Shown here piece by piece: positions 1 to 10,145 of a DNA stretch of 28,822 nucleotides. Made by a program: the position numbers and the translations under genes. The stretch's first letter is position 1. Each line of letters opens with the position of its first letter. This DNA comes from Oscillospiraceae bacterium (GTDB lineage Bacteria > Bacillota > Clostridia > Oscillospirales > Acutalibacteraceae), in contig CACXFE010000212.1 of NCBI GenBank assembly GCA_902766855.1, forward strand, positions 1 to 28,822. Direction: 5' to 3'. The notes below the pieces were generated by a model. That model was not told the origin of the DNA. It saw only the letters and a program-made list of their open reading frames with translations, and made no database searches.

Positions 1-1
1 G

Positions 2-1150
2 CGTTCGGTCATTCGGGAGATTTTTGAGTATTCCAAGGTGCGGAAGGCGGAAATCGGGGCGGAAAATGTGTTTGATTTCAGCATTGGCAACCCGAGTATC
101 CCAACGCCCGAGGCGGTAACCGAAACGATGAAAACCTTATTGCGGGAGTGTGATCCCGTTGCTTTGCACGGGTATACCTCCGCTCAAGGGGACGCGGGTG
201 TGCGAAAAGCCATCGCCGCCGATATTGAAAAGCGGTTTGGCGCGGCGGCTTCTCCCGATCTGATTTATATGACCTGCGGCGCGGCGGCTTCGCTGACGAT
301 TACCTTAACGGCGCTGGTCAATCCGGGGGATGAAGTGATTTTGCTGGCTCCGTTTTTCCCGGAATACCGTGTGTTTGCCGAAAAAGCGGGGGCAACGGTT
401 GTGGTAGTGAATTGCCGGGAAGGGGATTTCCAAATTGATCCCGTGGCTTTGGAACGGGCGATCACGTCCAAAACCAAAGCCGTGATCGTGAATTCCCCCA
501 ACAATCCGACCGGGGCGGTCTTCTCCGAAGAAACCGTTCAGGCGGCGGCGGAAGTTCTTTCCCGCAAGCAGCGGGAATACGGGCAGGATATTTTCCTGAT
601 TGCCGATGAGCCTTACCGTGAGTTGGTTTACGGGGTGGAAGTGCCGTATCTTCCGCTTTTTTATCAGAATACCGTTGTTTGCTATTCGTACAGTAAATCC
701 CTTTCCCTTCCGGGGGAGCGGATCGGCTATATTTTTGTTTCCCCAAAAGTGCGGGAGTGCCGCGATGTTTATGCCGCGGTTTGCGGGGCGGGGCGGGCGC
801 TCGGCTTTGTTTGCGCCCCGAGCCTGTTACAGTATACGGTAGGGCGCTGTGTGGATGTCCGCCCGGATCTGACCGTGTATAAGCGAAACCGCGATCTCTT
901 TTATGAAAGCCTTACGGCATATGGGTATACCGTGGTTCCGCCGGACGGGGCGTTTTATCTCTTCGTGAAATCGCCGGAGCCGGACGCTGCGGCCTTCTGT
1001 GAGCGGGCCAAAAAATACGAATTGCTTTTGGTGCCGGGGGATGATTTCGGCGGCGCGGGGTATGTGCGGATCTGCTATTGTGTGACCACTGAACAGATCG
1101 AGCGATCTTTGCCGAAATTCAAGGCATTGATGGAAGAATATACGAAGTAA
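2..1150 (+). CDS. PLP-dependent aminotransferase class I/II (aspartate/aromatic aminotransferase), 5'-truncated by the window
   Basis: The frame is open from base 2 (RSVIREIFEYSK...), so the true start is upstream. Motifs NSPNNPTG, DEPY, SYSKSLSLPGERIG (PLP lysine). Confidence 0.9.
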   Translation, partial: RSVIREIFEYSKVRKAEIGAENVFDFSIGNPSIPTPEAVTETMKTLLRECDPVALHGYTSAQGDAGVRKAIAADIEKRFGAAASPDLIYMTCGAAASLTITLTALVNPGDEVILLAPFFPEYRVFAEKAGATVVVVNCREGDFQIDPVALERAITSKTKAVIVNSPNNPTGAVFSEETVQAAAEVLSRKQREYGQDIFLIADEPYRELVYGVEVPYLPLFYQNTVVCYSYSKSLSLPGERIGYIFVSPKVRECRDVYAAVCGAGRALGFVCAPSLLQYTVGRCVDVRPDLTVYKRNRDLFYESLTAYGYTVVPPDGAFYLFVKSPEPDAAAFCERAKKYELLLVPGDDFGGAGYVRICYCVTTEQIERSLPKFKALMEEYTK

Positions 1151-1152
1151 GG

Positions 1153-2265
1153 GTGAATACAGTGAACGAACTGGAAAAGGCCAGAGAACAGATCAATGAG
1201 ATCGACCGGCAAATGGCGGCGCTATTTGAAAAGCGCATGGAAGCGGTAGGGCGCGTGGCGGCATATAAACAGCAACACGGGCTTCGCGTATTCGATCAGG
1301 CGCGGGAGGCCGAGGTGATCGAGCAGAATGCGGCGCGGATTAACAAAGAGGAACTTCGCTCGCATTATATTCGCTTTTTACAGAACAATATGGAAATTTC
1401 CAAAGCCTATCAACACCGCCTGCTGGAAGGAATGCGGGTGGCATACAGCGGCGTGACGGGCGCCTTTGCCAATATCGCGGCAAACCGGATTTTTCCCGAT
1501 GCCGCCGCCCTTCCTTATCCCGATTTCAAGGCGGCTTATGACGCGGTGGTAAACGGGGATTGCGATTGCGCCGTGCTTCCTGTTGAAAACAGCAATAACG
1601 GCGATGTGGGGCAGGTTATGGATCTGGCATTTTTCGGCCCGCTTTTTATCAACGGCATCTATGAATTGGAAATCGTGCAGAATCTGTTGGCGGTCAAGGG
1701 CACCACAATGGATGAGATCAAAACCGTGATCAGCCATGCACAGGCGTTCGGACAGTGCGCCCCCTATATCCGCAAACACGGTTTTGAAGCGGTGGAAGAA
1801 GTCAATACCGCGGTGGCGGCGAAGCGCGTAGCGGAAGCGGGGCGGCATGATCTGGCCGCCATCGGCAGTGAAGAAGCCGCCAAACAGTTCGGCCTGAAAA
1901 AATTGGAAGCCCATATCAATGAAAAAAGCGGAAACACTACCCGTTTCGCGGTGTTTTCCCGTGTTGGGAAAAACCCCTCTTTGCAGGACGATCGGTTTAT
2001 CCTGCTGTTTACCGTTTCAAACGAGGCGGGCGCGTTAAGCGCCGCGATCGCCGCGATCGGGCGGTACGGTTTCAATATGCGCGCACTCAAAAGCCGCCCC
2101 ACCAAAGAACTGACCTGGAATTATTATTTTTACGCCGAGGCGGAAGGCAATATTCATAGTGAGCGCGGCGAAGCGATGTTGGCGGAGTTGCGCAAAAATT
2201 GCCGGAGCGTGCGGGTGGTCGGCAGTTTTGAAAAAGAAATCATGTTACATGAAGATTCGGAGTGA
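1153..2265 (+). CDS. pheA: Bifunctional chorismate mutase/prephenate dehydratase with ACT domain
   Basis: N-terminal AroQ-type CM (LEKAREQINEIDRQMAALFEKR), PDT motifs LPVENS, SHAQA and NTTRF, C-terminal ACT (NEAGALS, LKSRP). GTG start 2 nt after the previous stop. Confidence 0.93.
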   Translation: MNTVNELEKAREQINEIDRQMAALFEKRMEAVGRVAAYKQQHGLRVFDQAREAEVIEQNAARINKEELRSHYIRFLQNNMEISKAYQHRLLEGMRVAYSGVTGAFANIAANRIFPDAAALPYPDFKAAYDAVVNGDCDCAVLPVENSNNGDVGQVMDLAFFGPLFINGIYELEIVQNLLAVKGTTMDEIKTVISHAQAFGQCAPYIRKHGFEAVEEVNTAVAAKRVAEAGRHDLAAIGSEEAAKQFGLKKLEAHINEKSGNTTRFAVFSRVGKNPSLQDDRFILLFTVSNEAGALSAAIAAIGRYGFNMRALKSRPTKELTWNYYFYAEAEGNIHSERGEAMLAELRKNCRSVRVVGSFEKEIMLHEDSE

Positions 2266-2271
2266 GTAAAG

Positions 2272-3276
2272 ATGGTTCTTCCCGTGAAAACTTCCACAGG
2301 GCAATATGACATTTTGCTTCAAGAAGGGGCGCTGCAAAACGCGGGCGATTTTTTGCGGCTGGATCGGCGGGTATTGATCGTAACCGACAGCGGCGTTCCC
2401 GCGCACTATGCGCAAAGGTTGGCGGCGCAATGTGAAACGCCGGTGATCGTGACGGTAGAACAAGGGGAACCTTCCAAATGTATGGCAACTTATGAAGCGA
2501 TCCTTCGCCGCATGGTGCAGGAAAACTTTACCCGGAGCGACTGTGTTGCGGCAGTAGGCGGAGGCGTTGTGGGGGATATGGCGGGTTTTGCCGCCGCCAC
2601 CTATATGCGGGGAATTGATTTTTATAATCTTCCCACCACGGTGCTTTCGCAGGTGGATTCTTCGATCGGGGGAAAAGTGGCGATTGATTTTTGCGGCTTT
2701 AAAAACCTGGTAGGGGCGTTTTATCCGCCGAAGGCGGTGCTGATCGATACCGATACATTGCGCACGCTTCCCCCGCGGCAAATTGCAAACGGGTTGGCGG
2801 AAGCGGTTAAGATGGCGGCCACATGCGACCGGGAATTGTTTGAACTTTTCGAGGCGGGCAATCCGCCGATCGGGCGGGTGATCGAGGCGTCGCTTCGTAT
2901 CAAGCGCAGCGTGGTGGAGCAGGATGAAAAAGAAACCGGGCTTCGGCGGGTGCTGAATTTCGGCCATACGCTGGCGCACGCCATTGAAAGCGAAAATCAA
3001 ATGCAGGCGCTTTATCACGGGGAATGCGTGGCGCTTGGGATGCTGCCGATGTGCGCAAAGCCGGTGCGGGAGCGATTGGTCAAGGTGTTGGCAGGGTTAG
3101 GGCTTCCCACCAAGATGCAAGCCGATCCGGACAGGATCATCGCCGCATGCCGGCATGATAAAAAATGTGCGGGAAACGCGATCACGGTGGTTTATGTGCC
3201 CGAAATCGGGCAATACGAGATGCGGACGATGCCGTTTGAAGAATTTGAAAAAAATATTCGGGAGGCGTTAGCATGA
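2272..3276 (+). CDS. aroB: 3-dehydroquinate synthase
   Basis: GGGVVGD, PTTVLSQVDSSIGGK, LNFGHT and HGE motifs. Confidence 0.95.
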   Translation: MVLPVKTSTGQYDILLQEGALQNAGDFLRLDRRVLIVTDSGVPAHYAQRLAAQCETPVIVTVEQGEPSKCMATYEAILRRMVQENFTRSDCVAAVGGGVVGDMAGFAAATYMRGIDFYNLPTTVLSQVDSSIGGKVAIDFCGFKNLVGAFYPPKAVLIDTDTLRTLPPRQIANGLAEAVKMAATCDRELFELFEAGNPPIGRVIEASLRIKRSVVEQDEKETGLRRVLNFGHTLAHAIESENQMQALYHGECVALGMLPMCAKPVRERLVKVLAGLGLPTKMQADPDRIIAACRHDKKCAGNAITVVYVPEIGQYEMRTMPFEEFEKNIREALA

Positions 3277-4367
3277 AAAACACATTCGGAAACCATGTGG
3301 CGGTCACCCTTTTCGGGGAGAGCCACGGGAAGGCAATCGGCGCGGTGATAGACGGATTGGCCCCCGGGATCCCGGTGGAAGAAGAGTTCCTTCGCTTTCA
3401 GTTAGGGCTTCGCCGCCCGACGGGAGAAATCTCCACCGCAAGAAGCGAACCGGATCGTTTTGTGATCGAGAGCGGCGTGTTGGAGGGAAAAACCACCGGA
3501 ACCCCGATATGTATTTTGATTGAGAATGAAAACGCCGAGTCCAAAGATTACAGTTCCATGGTGGGAAAGGCGCGCCCCGGGCATGCCGATTATACGGCCT
3601 ACGCCAAGTACCACGGCTTTGAAGATGGGCGCGGCGGCGGGCATTTCAGCGGCCGGATCACCGCGGCATTGGTAGCGGCGGGCGCGATTGCGATCGCGGC
3701 GCTGAAAGAAAAAGGCGTGCTGATCGGCACCCATATCAAAAAGATTGCCGAAGTGGAAGACCGTGCATTCGGCGAATTGCCTGCCGATCTTGCCCTATTG
3801 GCGCGGAAACCGTTCGCTGTGCTGGACGCGCGGGCTTCCATGCAGATGATTTCGGCCATTACGGCGGCGAAAAAGCAGGGCGACAGTGTCGGCGGCGTGT
3901 TGGAAACGGCGGTTACGGGGCTTCCGGCAGGCGTGGGAGAGCCTTGGTTTGATACGGTGGAAGGAATGTTGGCGCATGCACTGTTTTCGGTGCCGGCAGT
4001 CAAAGGCGTTGAATTTGGCGACGGCTTTGCCCTTGCGGGCATGAAGGGCAGCGAGGCGAACGATCCGTTCCGAATGGCAGGGGATCGGGTGATAACCGTA
4101 AGCAATCATAACGGCGGGATCAACGGCGGGATCACCAATGGAATGCCGTTGCTTTTCCGTTGCGCGGTCAAGCCCACCCCCACGATTTTTCAACCACAGC
4201 AAACGGTGGACTACCGAAAAGGGGAAAATATCGAATGGCAGGCGGCAGGGCGGCATGATCCCTGTATCGTACACCGGGCGCGTGTGGTGATCGACAGTGT
4301 AACGGCGCTGGTATTGTGTGATTTACTGGCGGGGCGCTTTGGCACGGATTGGCTGGCAAACCTATGA
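3273..4367 (+). CDS. aroC: Chorismate synthase
   Basis: FGESHG, RPGHAD, GGGHFSGR, NHNGGINGG and GRHDPC signatures. ATGA overlap with aroB. Confidence 0.96.
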   Translation: MKNTFGNHVAVTLFGESHGKAIGAVIDGLAPGIPVEEEFLRFQLGLRRPTGEISTARSEPDRFVIESGVLEGKTTGTPICILIENENAESKDYSSMVGKARPGHADYTAYAKYHGFEDGRGGGHFSGRITAALVAAGAIAIAALKEKGVLIGTHIKKIAEVEDRAFGELPADLALLARKPFAVLDARASMQMISAITAAKKQGDSVGGVLETAVTGLPAGVGEPWFDTVEGMLAHALFSVPAVKGVEFGDGFALAGMKGSEANDPFRMAGDRVITVSNHNGGINGGITNGMPLLFRCAVKPTPTIFQPQQTVDYRKGENIEWQAAGRHDPCIVHRARVVIDSVTALVLCDLLAGRFGTDWLANL

Positions 4368-5626
4368 AATACGGATTGATCGGGGAAAAACTGGGACACA
4401 GTTTTTCCAAAACCGTGCATCGCCGCCTGTTTGATTATGAATACGAATTAAAAGAAATTCCCCCTGACAAACTGGATGACTTTTTGCGCAGGGCGGATTT
4501 TAAGGCAATCAATGTCACGATCCCTTATAAGCGGGCGGTCATTCCCTATCTTGACGAAATCGAAGAAACGGCCGCGCGCATCGGTGCGGTGAATACCATC
4601 CTCAATCAGGGCGGCCGCTTGATCGGGTTTAACACCGATTTATCCGGGATGCAGGCACTTCTTGCAAAAAACGGGATCGTTTTGCGGGGCAAGAAAGTGT
4701 TGATTTTGGGAAGCGGCGGCACATCGGCAACGGCGGCGGTGCTGGCGGAACTGCTTGGCGCGCATAAGGTTGTACGGGTATCGCGCAGCGAAAAACCGGG
4801 TTTTGTTACCTATGTACAGGCCGCCGAACAGCATCGTGACGCACAGGTGATCCTCAACACCACCCCTTGCGGGATGTATCCGCAGATCGGGGAAACGCCG
4901 ATCTCGCTTGACGCTTTTCCCCGCCTTGAAGCGGTGGCGGATGCGATCTATAATCCACTCTGCTCCGCACTGATAGTGCAGGCAAAGGAAAAAGGAATCC
5001 GTGCGGTAGGCGGGTTGTATATGCTGGTGGCGCAAGCCGCTTTTGCGGCGGAAAAATTCACCGGCATCGCTGTGCCGGGTGAAAAGATCGACCGCATTTG
5101 GCGCGAAATAGAAGCCGAAAAGAAAAACGCGGTCTTGATCGGGATGCCGGGCAGCGGGAAAACCACCATCGGCAAATTGCTTGCCAAGGACGAGGGAAAA
5201 CGGTTTTTGGATACGGATGAGGAGATCCGGGCGGAAACCGGCATGGAAATCCCGGACATTTTTCGCCTGCGGGGAGAAAAGGGTTTTCGCGCGGTGGAAC
5301 AGGGCGTGATCCGGCGAGTGGCGGCGGAGCAATCCGTGGTGATCGCAACCGGCGGCGGTGCCGTTTTGAACCGGGAAAACATCCGGCTTTTAAAAGAAAA
5401 CGGGACAGTGATCTGGCTTGACCGACCCCTCGAAACATTAGCGGCAACGGCGGATCGTCCGCTTTCTTCAAGCCGCGAACAGTTGGAACAACGCTATCGG
5501 GAGCGGTACGCGCTATACCGGGAAGCGGCAGATATCAGAATCGGCGCGGCGGGGGATATTCCAAAAACCCTCCGTGCGGTAAAAGAGGCGATTGAACATG
5601 AAAATTTTGGTTTTGAACGGGCCTAA
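4364..5626 (+). CDS. aroE: Shikimate dehydrogenase-shikimate kinase fusion (AroE-AroK), 420 aa
   Basis: N-half: GHSFS, NVTIPYK, GAVNT, NTD, GLYMLVAQA. C-half: Walker A IGMPGSGKTT, DTD, GEKGFR, ATGGG. Start moved to ATG 4364 (ATGA overlap with aroC). Confidence 0.92.
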   Translation: MKYGLIGEKLGHSFSKTVHRRLFDYEYELKEIPPDKLDDFLRRADFKAINVTIPYKRAVIPYLDEIEETAARIGAVNTILNQGGRLIGFNTDLSGMQALLAKNGIVLRGKKVLILGSGGTSATAAVLAELLGAHKVVRVSRSEKPGFVTYVQAAEQHRDAQVILNTTPCGMYPQIGETPISLDAFPRLEAVADAIYNPLCSALIVQAKEKGIRAVGGLYMLVAQAAFAAEKFTGIAVPGEKIDRIWREIEAEKKNAVLIGMPGSGKTTIGKLLAKDEGKRFLDTDEEIRAETGMEIPDIFRLRGEKGFRAVEQGVIRRVAAEQSVVIATGGGAVLNRENIRLLKENGTVIWLDRPLETLAATADRPLSSSREQLEQRYRERYALYREAADIRIGAAGDIPKTLRAVKEAIEHENFGFERA

Positions 5627-6038
5627 TATCAATATGTTAGGAATCAGGGAACCGGGAATTTACGGGCAGGACTCCTTTGAAACGCTGTGTGATACCGTTC
5701 GGGCTTATGCCGCGGAACACGGAATAGAAGTGAAACTGTTTCAATCCAATCACGAAGGGGCGCTGGTGGATGAAATTCAGGCGGCGTGGCGCGTGTTTGA
5801 CGGGATCGTGATCAACCCCGGCGCGTACACTCATACCAGCATCGCTTTGCTTGACGCCTTAAAAGCCGTTTCCATCCCTACGGTGGAAGTGCATATTTCC
5901 GATGTAAGCCGCCGGGAAGAATTCCGACAGATCAGTTATGTACGGCAGGCGGCGGAGAAAACGATTTGCGGGCACGGCATTGCGGGATATACCGAGGCCA
6001 TGGCATATTTGGCGGAACGGTACGGTGAAAAGCGATGA
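5598..6038 (+). CDS. aroQ: Type II 3-dehydroquinate dehydratase
   Basis: NGPNINMLG.REP.IYG, QSNHEG, INPGAYTH and EVHIS motifs. ATG 5598 follows a GAGG RBS and overlaps the aroE-aroK end by 29 nt. Confidence 0.95.
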   Translation: MKILVLNGPNINMLGIREPGIYGQDSFETLCDTVRAYAAEHGIEVKLFQSNHEGALVDEIQAAWRVFDGIVINPGAYTHTSIALLDALKAVSIPTVEVHISDVSRREEFRQISYVRQAAEKTICGHGIAGYTEAMAYLAERYGEKR

Positions 6039-7255
6039 TTGTGCAAATCGAAAAAGGAACGGCGACCGGCCGGATCACCGCGCCGCCTTCCAAAAGCATG
6101 GCGCACCGTTATTTGATTTGTGCGGCACTGTCAGGCGGCAGCACGGTCAAAAGAGTAGAAAAGTCAGATGACATCAACGCAACGCTCGGCTGCCTGTCGG
6201 CCCTCGGTGCGGAGATTGAGGCGGCCGGGAAAACATTCCGGCTTGGCGGGCTTTCGCCGGAGCATTGCCCGCCCGCGGCGGATCTTTTGTGCGGGGAAAG
6301 CGGCAGTACCTTGCGGTTTATGCTTCCGCTTTGCTTGCTTACGGGGAATCCAATCACCTTGCATGGCAGTAAGCGGCTGATGCAGCGCTCTCTTACGGTA
6401 TATGAAGAACTTTGTGCCGCACAGGGCATCGCCTTTGCGCAGTTGCCCGATCGTGTGGCCGTGCGGGGGCGGTTGACACCCGGAAAGTATGCGGTGCGGG
6501 GCGATATTTCCAGCCAGTTTATCAGTGGACTGCTGTTTGCGCTCCCTCTGCTTCCAGGGGATAGCGTGATCGGGATTACCGGCGGCCTTCAAAGCGCGCC
6601 GTATCTGCAAATGACCATAAAAGCCTTGGCGGATTTCGGGGTGTGGGTGCGCCGGCAGGATGAGAACACAATCCTTGTGCCGGGCGGACAAACCTATAAA
6701 AAACGCGCGGTGACGGTGGAAGGGGATTATTCGAACGCGGCCTTTTTTGAAGCACTGAATACGCTTGGCGGGAATGTGATGGTGGAAGGCTTGCAGAGTG
6801 ATACCTTGCAGGGCGACGCGGTTTATTTGCGGCTTTTGCCGCTTTTAGCACGGGGAACCCCCACGATCGACCTTGCCGATTGCCCCGATTTGGGGCCGGT
6901 GTTGATGGCGGTTGCCGCCGCGCAACACGGGGCGGTTTTTACGGGAACGAAACGGCTTAAAATCAAAGAAAGCGACCGGGGCGCCGCCATGGCGGAAGAA
7001 CTGTTGAAATTCGGGATCAAAACGCGGCTTGAAAACGATTGCATCACGGTGGAGGGCGGCACCTTGCACCCGCCGGTCAGCCCGCTTTCCGGGCATCGGG
7101 ATCACCGGATCGTGATGGCGCTGGCGGTACTATGCACCTGCACGGGCGGCACGATCTGCGGCGCACAGGCGGTGGCAAAAAGTTTCCCGGATTTCTTTCG
7201 GAAATTGGGAAAACTCGGAATCAAAATCAAAGCGGTGAAGGAAAATGAAACTTGA
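6035..7255 (+). CDS. aroA: EPSP synthase (3-phosphoshikimate 1-carboxyvinyltransferase)
   Basis: PPSKS, ESGST, SSQF, KESDR and DHRIVM motifs. ATGA overlap with aroQ. Confidence 0.95.
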   Translation: MIVQIEKGTATGRITAPPSKSMAHRYLICAALSGGSTVKRVEKSDDINATLGCLSALGAEIEAAGKTFRLGGLSPEHCPPAADLLCGESGSTLRFMLPLCLLTGNPITLHGSKRLMQRSLTVYEELCAAQGIAFAQLPDRVAVRGRLTPGKYAVRGDISSQFISGLLFALPLLPGDSVIGITGGLQSAPYLQMTIKALADFGVWVRRQDENTILVPGGQTYKKRAVTVEGDYSNAAFFEALNTLGGNVMVEGLQSDTLQGDAVYLRLLPLLARGTPTIDLADCPDLGPVLMAVAAAQHGAVFTGTKRLKIKESDRGAAMAEELLKFGIKTRLENDCITVEGGTLHPPVSPLSGHRDHRIVMALAVLCTCTGGTICGAQAVAKSFPDFFRKLGKLGIKIKAVKENET

Positions 7256-8105
7256 TCAATCACAACATATTTTAATTGTCGGGCTTGGGTTGCTCGGCGG
7301 CAGTTACGCCATGGCGCTGAAAAAACAGGGGTTTCATGTGGCGGCGCTGGCCAGGCGGGAGGAAACGGTGCAATATGCGCTGGAAAACGGCATCATTGAT
7401 GAGGGAAGCGCCCGGATCGACCGGGATCTGATCGGGCAGGCGGATCTGGTGATTTTTGCACTTTATCCGCATGTGTTTTTAGAGTGGATCACCCAAAACC
7501 AATCGTATTTGAAAAGCGGTGCGATTTTAACCGATGTGACCGGCGTGAAAGGCTGTATCGTGGGGAAAATCCAGTCGATCCTGCGGCCGGATACGGAATT
7601 TATCGCCGCCCATCCGATGGCGGGCAGGGAAGTATGCGGAATTGAAAACAGTTCGGATGAGATCTTCAAAGGCGCGAATTATCTGGTGGTACCTACGGAA
7701 AAGAACACCCCGGGCGCGATCGAACTTTGTACAGATTTAGGTGAGAAACTCGGGTTTAAGCGGGTGGCGCAACTTTCGCCCGCCCGGCATGACGAGATGA
7801 TCGCCTTTTTATCACAGTTGACGCACTGTATCGCGGTTTCCCTGATGTGCTGCAACGATACGCCCGGCATGGAGGCCTATACCGGCGATTCTTTCCGGGA
7901 TCTTACACGCATCGCGCGCATCAATGACGAGATGTGGAGCGAATTGTTTTTGGATAACAAGCAAGCGCTTCTCGCCCAAATGAAGCGTTTTCAAGCAGAA
8001 TTTGACAACCTGTATCATAAAATCGAAACCGGCGACCGGGAAGGCATCCGTGAGATGATGCGTTGCTCTACCGAGCGGCGGAAGCGGTTCGATAAAATCG
8101 GATAG
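7245..8105 (+). CDS. tyrA: Prephenate dehydrogenase
   Basis: Rossmann GLGLLGGS, TDVTGVK, HPMAG, HDEMIAFLSQLTH, DLTRIA. Confidence 0.92.
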   Translation: MKLDQSQHILIVGLGLLGGSYAMALKKQGFHVAALARREETVQYALENGIIDEGSARIDRDLIGQADLVIFALYPHVFLEWITQNQSYLKSGAILTDVTGVKGCIVGKIQSILRPDTEFIAAHPMAGREVCGIENSSDEIFKGANYLVVPTEKNTPGAIELCTDLGEKLGFKRVAQLSPARHDEMIAFLSQLTHCIAVSLMCCNDTPGMEAYTGDSFRDLTRIARINDEMWSELFLDNKQALLAQMKRFQAEFDNLYHKIETGDREGIREMMRCSTERRKRFDKIG

Positions 8106-8115
8106 GAGCACGGCT

Positions 8116-9147
8116 ATGAACTTGGATTTTAAACGAAAACTGCCCATCCCGCAGCAAATCAAAAAACATTACCCGATCACGGCGGAAATGAACAAGAAAA
8201 AGCAGGAACGGGCGGAAGAACTGCGTAAAATTTTTATGGGCGAATCGGATAAATTTATTCTGATCATCGGGCCTTGTTCAGCCGACAGCCGCGAGCCGGT
8301 CTTAGAATATATTTCCCGCTTATGCCGCGTTCAAGAGCAGGTAAAAGAAAAACTGTTTTTGATCCCCCGGATCTACACCAACAAGCCCCGCACCACAGGG
8401 GACGGATATAAGGGGATGCTTCACCAACCAAACCCGGATGAAACGCCCGATATGCTGAAAGGGATCGTGGCGATCCGCGATTTGCATATGGAAGCCCTGC
8501 GGGATTACGGATTTACCTGCGCGGATGAAATGCTTTACCCTGAAAATCACCGGTATCTTTCCGATTTACTGGCTTATGTGGCGGTGGGGGCGCGTTCGGT
8601 GGAAAATCAGCAACACCGATTGACTGCAAGCGGCCTGGATGTGCCGGTGGGCATGAAAAATCCGACCGGCGGCGATCTTTCGATCATGATGAATTCCATC
8701 ACGGCCGCCCAGCATTCACACACATTTATTTACCGCGGATGGGAAGTGACAAGTCACGGAAATCCGCTTGCGCATGCGATCATGCGGGGGTATGTGGATT
8801 ATGCGGGAAAATGCGTATCCAATTATCATTATGAAGATTTGCTGAAACTCTTCACCCTGTATTCCGAAAGGGGGCTTTCCAACCCCGCCGCGATTGTGGA
8901 TACCAATCATGCCAATTCGGGCAAACAGTATTTAGAACAGGTGCGGATCGCCAAAGATGTGATTTACAGCCGCAATCATAACCGGGATATTCGCGGGATG
9001 GTGAAAGGGCTGATGATCGAAAGTTATCTGGAAGACGGCGCCCAAAAAATCGGGGAGCATATTTACGGAAAGTCGATCACCGATCCCTGCCTCGGATGGG
9101 AAAAAAGTGAAAAATTGATTTTGAATATTGCGGATTCACTGGAATGA
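8116..9147 (+). CDS. aroF: DAHP synthase (class I alpha)
   Basis: GPCS, KPRT, GARS, GMKN, DTNHANS, GLMIES and SITDPCLGWE motifs. The feedback-effector isoform cannot be read from sequence. Confidence 0.92.
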   Translation: MNLDFKRKLPIPQQIKKHYPITAEMNKKKQERAEELRKIFMGESDKFILIIGPCSADSREPVLEYISRLCRVQEQVKEKLFLIPRIYTNKPRTTGDGYKGMLHQPNPDETPDMLKGIVAIRDLHMEALRDYGFTCADEMLYPENHRYLSDLLAYVAVGARSVENQQHRLTASGLDVPVGMKNPTGGDLSIMMNSITAAQHSHTFIYRGWEVTSHGNPLAHAIMRGYVDYAGKCVSNYHYEDLLKLFTLYSERGLSNPAAIVDTNHANSGKQYLEQVRIAKDVIYSRNHNRDIRGMVKGLMIESYLEDGAQKIGEHIYGKSITDPCLGWEKSEKLILNIADSLE

Positions 9148-9149
9148 TC

Positions 9150-9200
9150 AAAAAACCGCCTTGCTGTTCTTACAAGAGCAGCAAGGCGGTTTTGTTTTTT
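9150..9200. terminator. Bidirectional intrinsic terminator between the convergent aro and ychF operons
   Basis: 20-bp inverted repeat 9152-9171/9174-9193 (one G-U pair), with an A-run on the left and a T-run on the right. Confidence 0.9.
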
Positions 9201-9210
9201 GCGGATGCCG

Positions 9211-10131
9211 TTATGATTCGATGAATTGCAAAAGATCCCGAAGCATTTCTTCCCGGCAACGATCGTTATGGATCTCATGGCGGCAGCCGTCATATAGTTT
9301 GAGCGTCACGGCGGTATGCCCGGCGGCGCGTAATTTGCGGTATACGGTTTCCACGCCTTTGCCATAATCCCCAACGGGATCGTCACGCCCGGAAATCAGC
9401 AGGATCGGCAAATCTTTGCGGAAAGAATCCGCCCATTTTGCACGATTGCTTCGGGCGTTGAGTTTTACAAGATCGTGCATGCCCGAAACCGTGAACAGAT
9501 AATGACAAAACGGATCGGCTATATACCGATTGATCACGGCACGGTCATTTGTAAGCCACTCATAATCGGTGTTGCCTTCAAAATGCTTATTGTATGCACC
9601 GAATGCTAATTGATTGATCAGGGTGGAGCGGTGCTTTTCCCCTTTGAACAAGCGCACCAGATCCGCGGCAAGAAGCCCTGCCGGAGAAGCGGGATTCGGG
9701 CCGCCTGTGCCGCAAATGATCAGTTTTTCAATGCGGTCGCCAAGGGTTTCCGCCGCTAACCGCACAATGAAGGAACCCATCGAATGCCCCATCAAAAAGA
9801 CGGGCTTTCCGGGGTATTGCTGTGTCACGGCGCGCTCGAAAACCTCTACATCGTTTACTAAAATCTTCCATCCGTCCCGATGGGCGATAAAACCCAGTTC
9901 TTCCGGCCCGCAAGCGGTTTTGCCATGTCCTAAATGATCATATCCGCAACAGAGGTATCCCTCGTTTGCCAGGGCGGAAAACAGTGCATCATATCGCCCG
10001 ATGTATTCGCACATGCCGTGTACCAGGTGAAAAATGCCTTTGATTTCGCCTTCCGGTATCACCAAAACGCCTTTTAAGGTGTGAATCCGATCACTGCTTA
10101 AAACATCGAAAGATTGTATTTGAACAGACAT
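9211..10131 (-). CDS. Alpha/beta hydrolase, lysophospholipase/monoacylglycerol lipase-like
   Basis: HGMCEY, DHLGHG, nucleophile GHSMG, DDPVG and HEI. Start moved to ATG 10131, which follows a GGAGG RBS. Confidence 0.85.
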   Translation of the reverse strand: MSVQIQSFDVLSSDRIHTLKGVLVIPEGEIKGIFHLVHGMCEYIGRYDALFSALANEGYLCCGYDHLGHGKTACGPEELGFIAHRDGWKILVNDVEVFERAVTQQYPGKPVFLMGHSMGSFIVRLAAETLGDRIEKLIICGTGGPNPASPAGLLAADLVRLFKGEKHRSTLINQLAFGAYNKHFEGNTDYEWLTNDRAVINRYIADPFCHYLFTVSGMHDLVKLNARSNRAKWADSFRKDLPILLISGRDDPVGDYGKGVETVYRKLRAAGHTAVTLKLYDGCRHEIHNDRCREEMLRDLLQFIES

Positions 10132-10145
10132 AGAATGCCTCCCGT

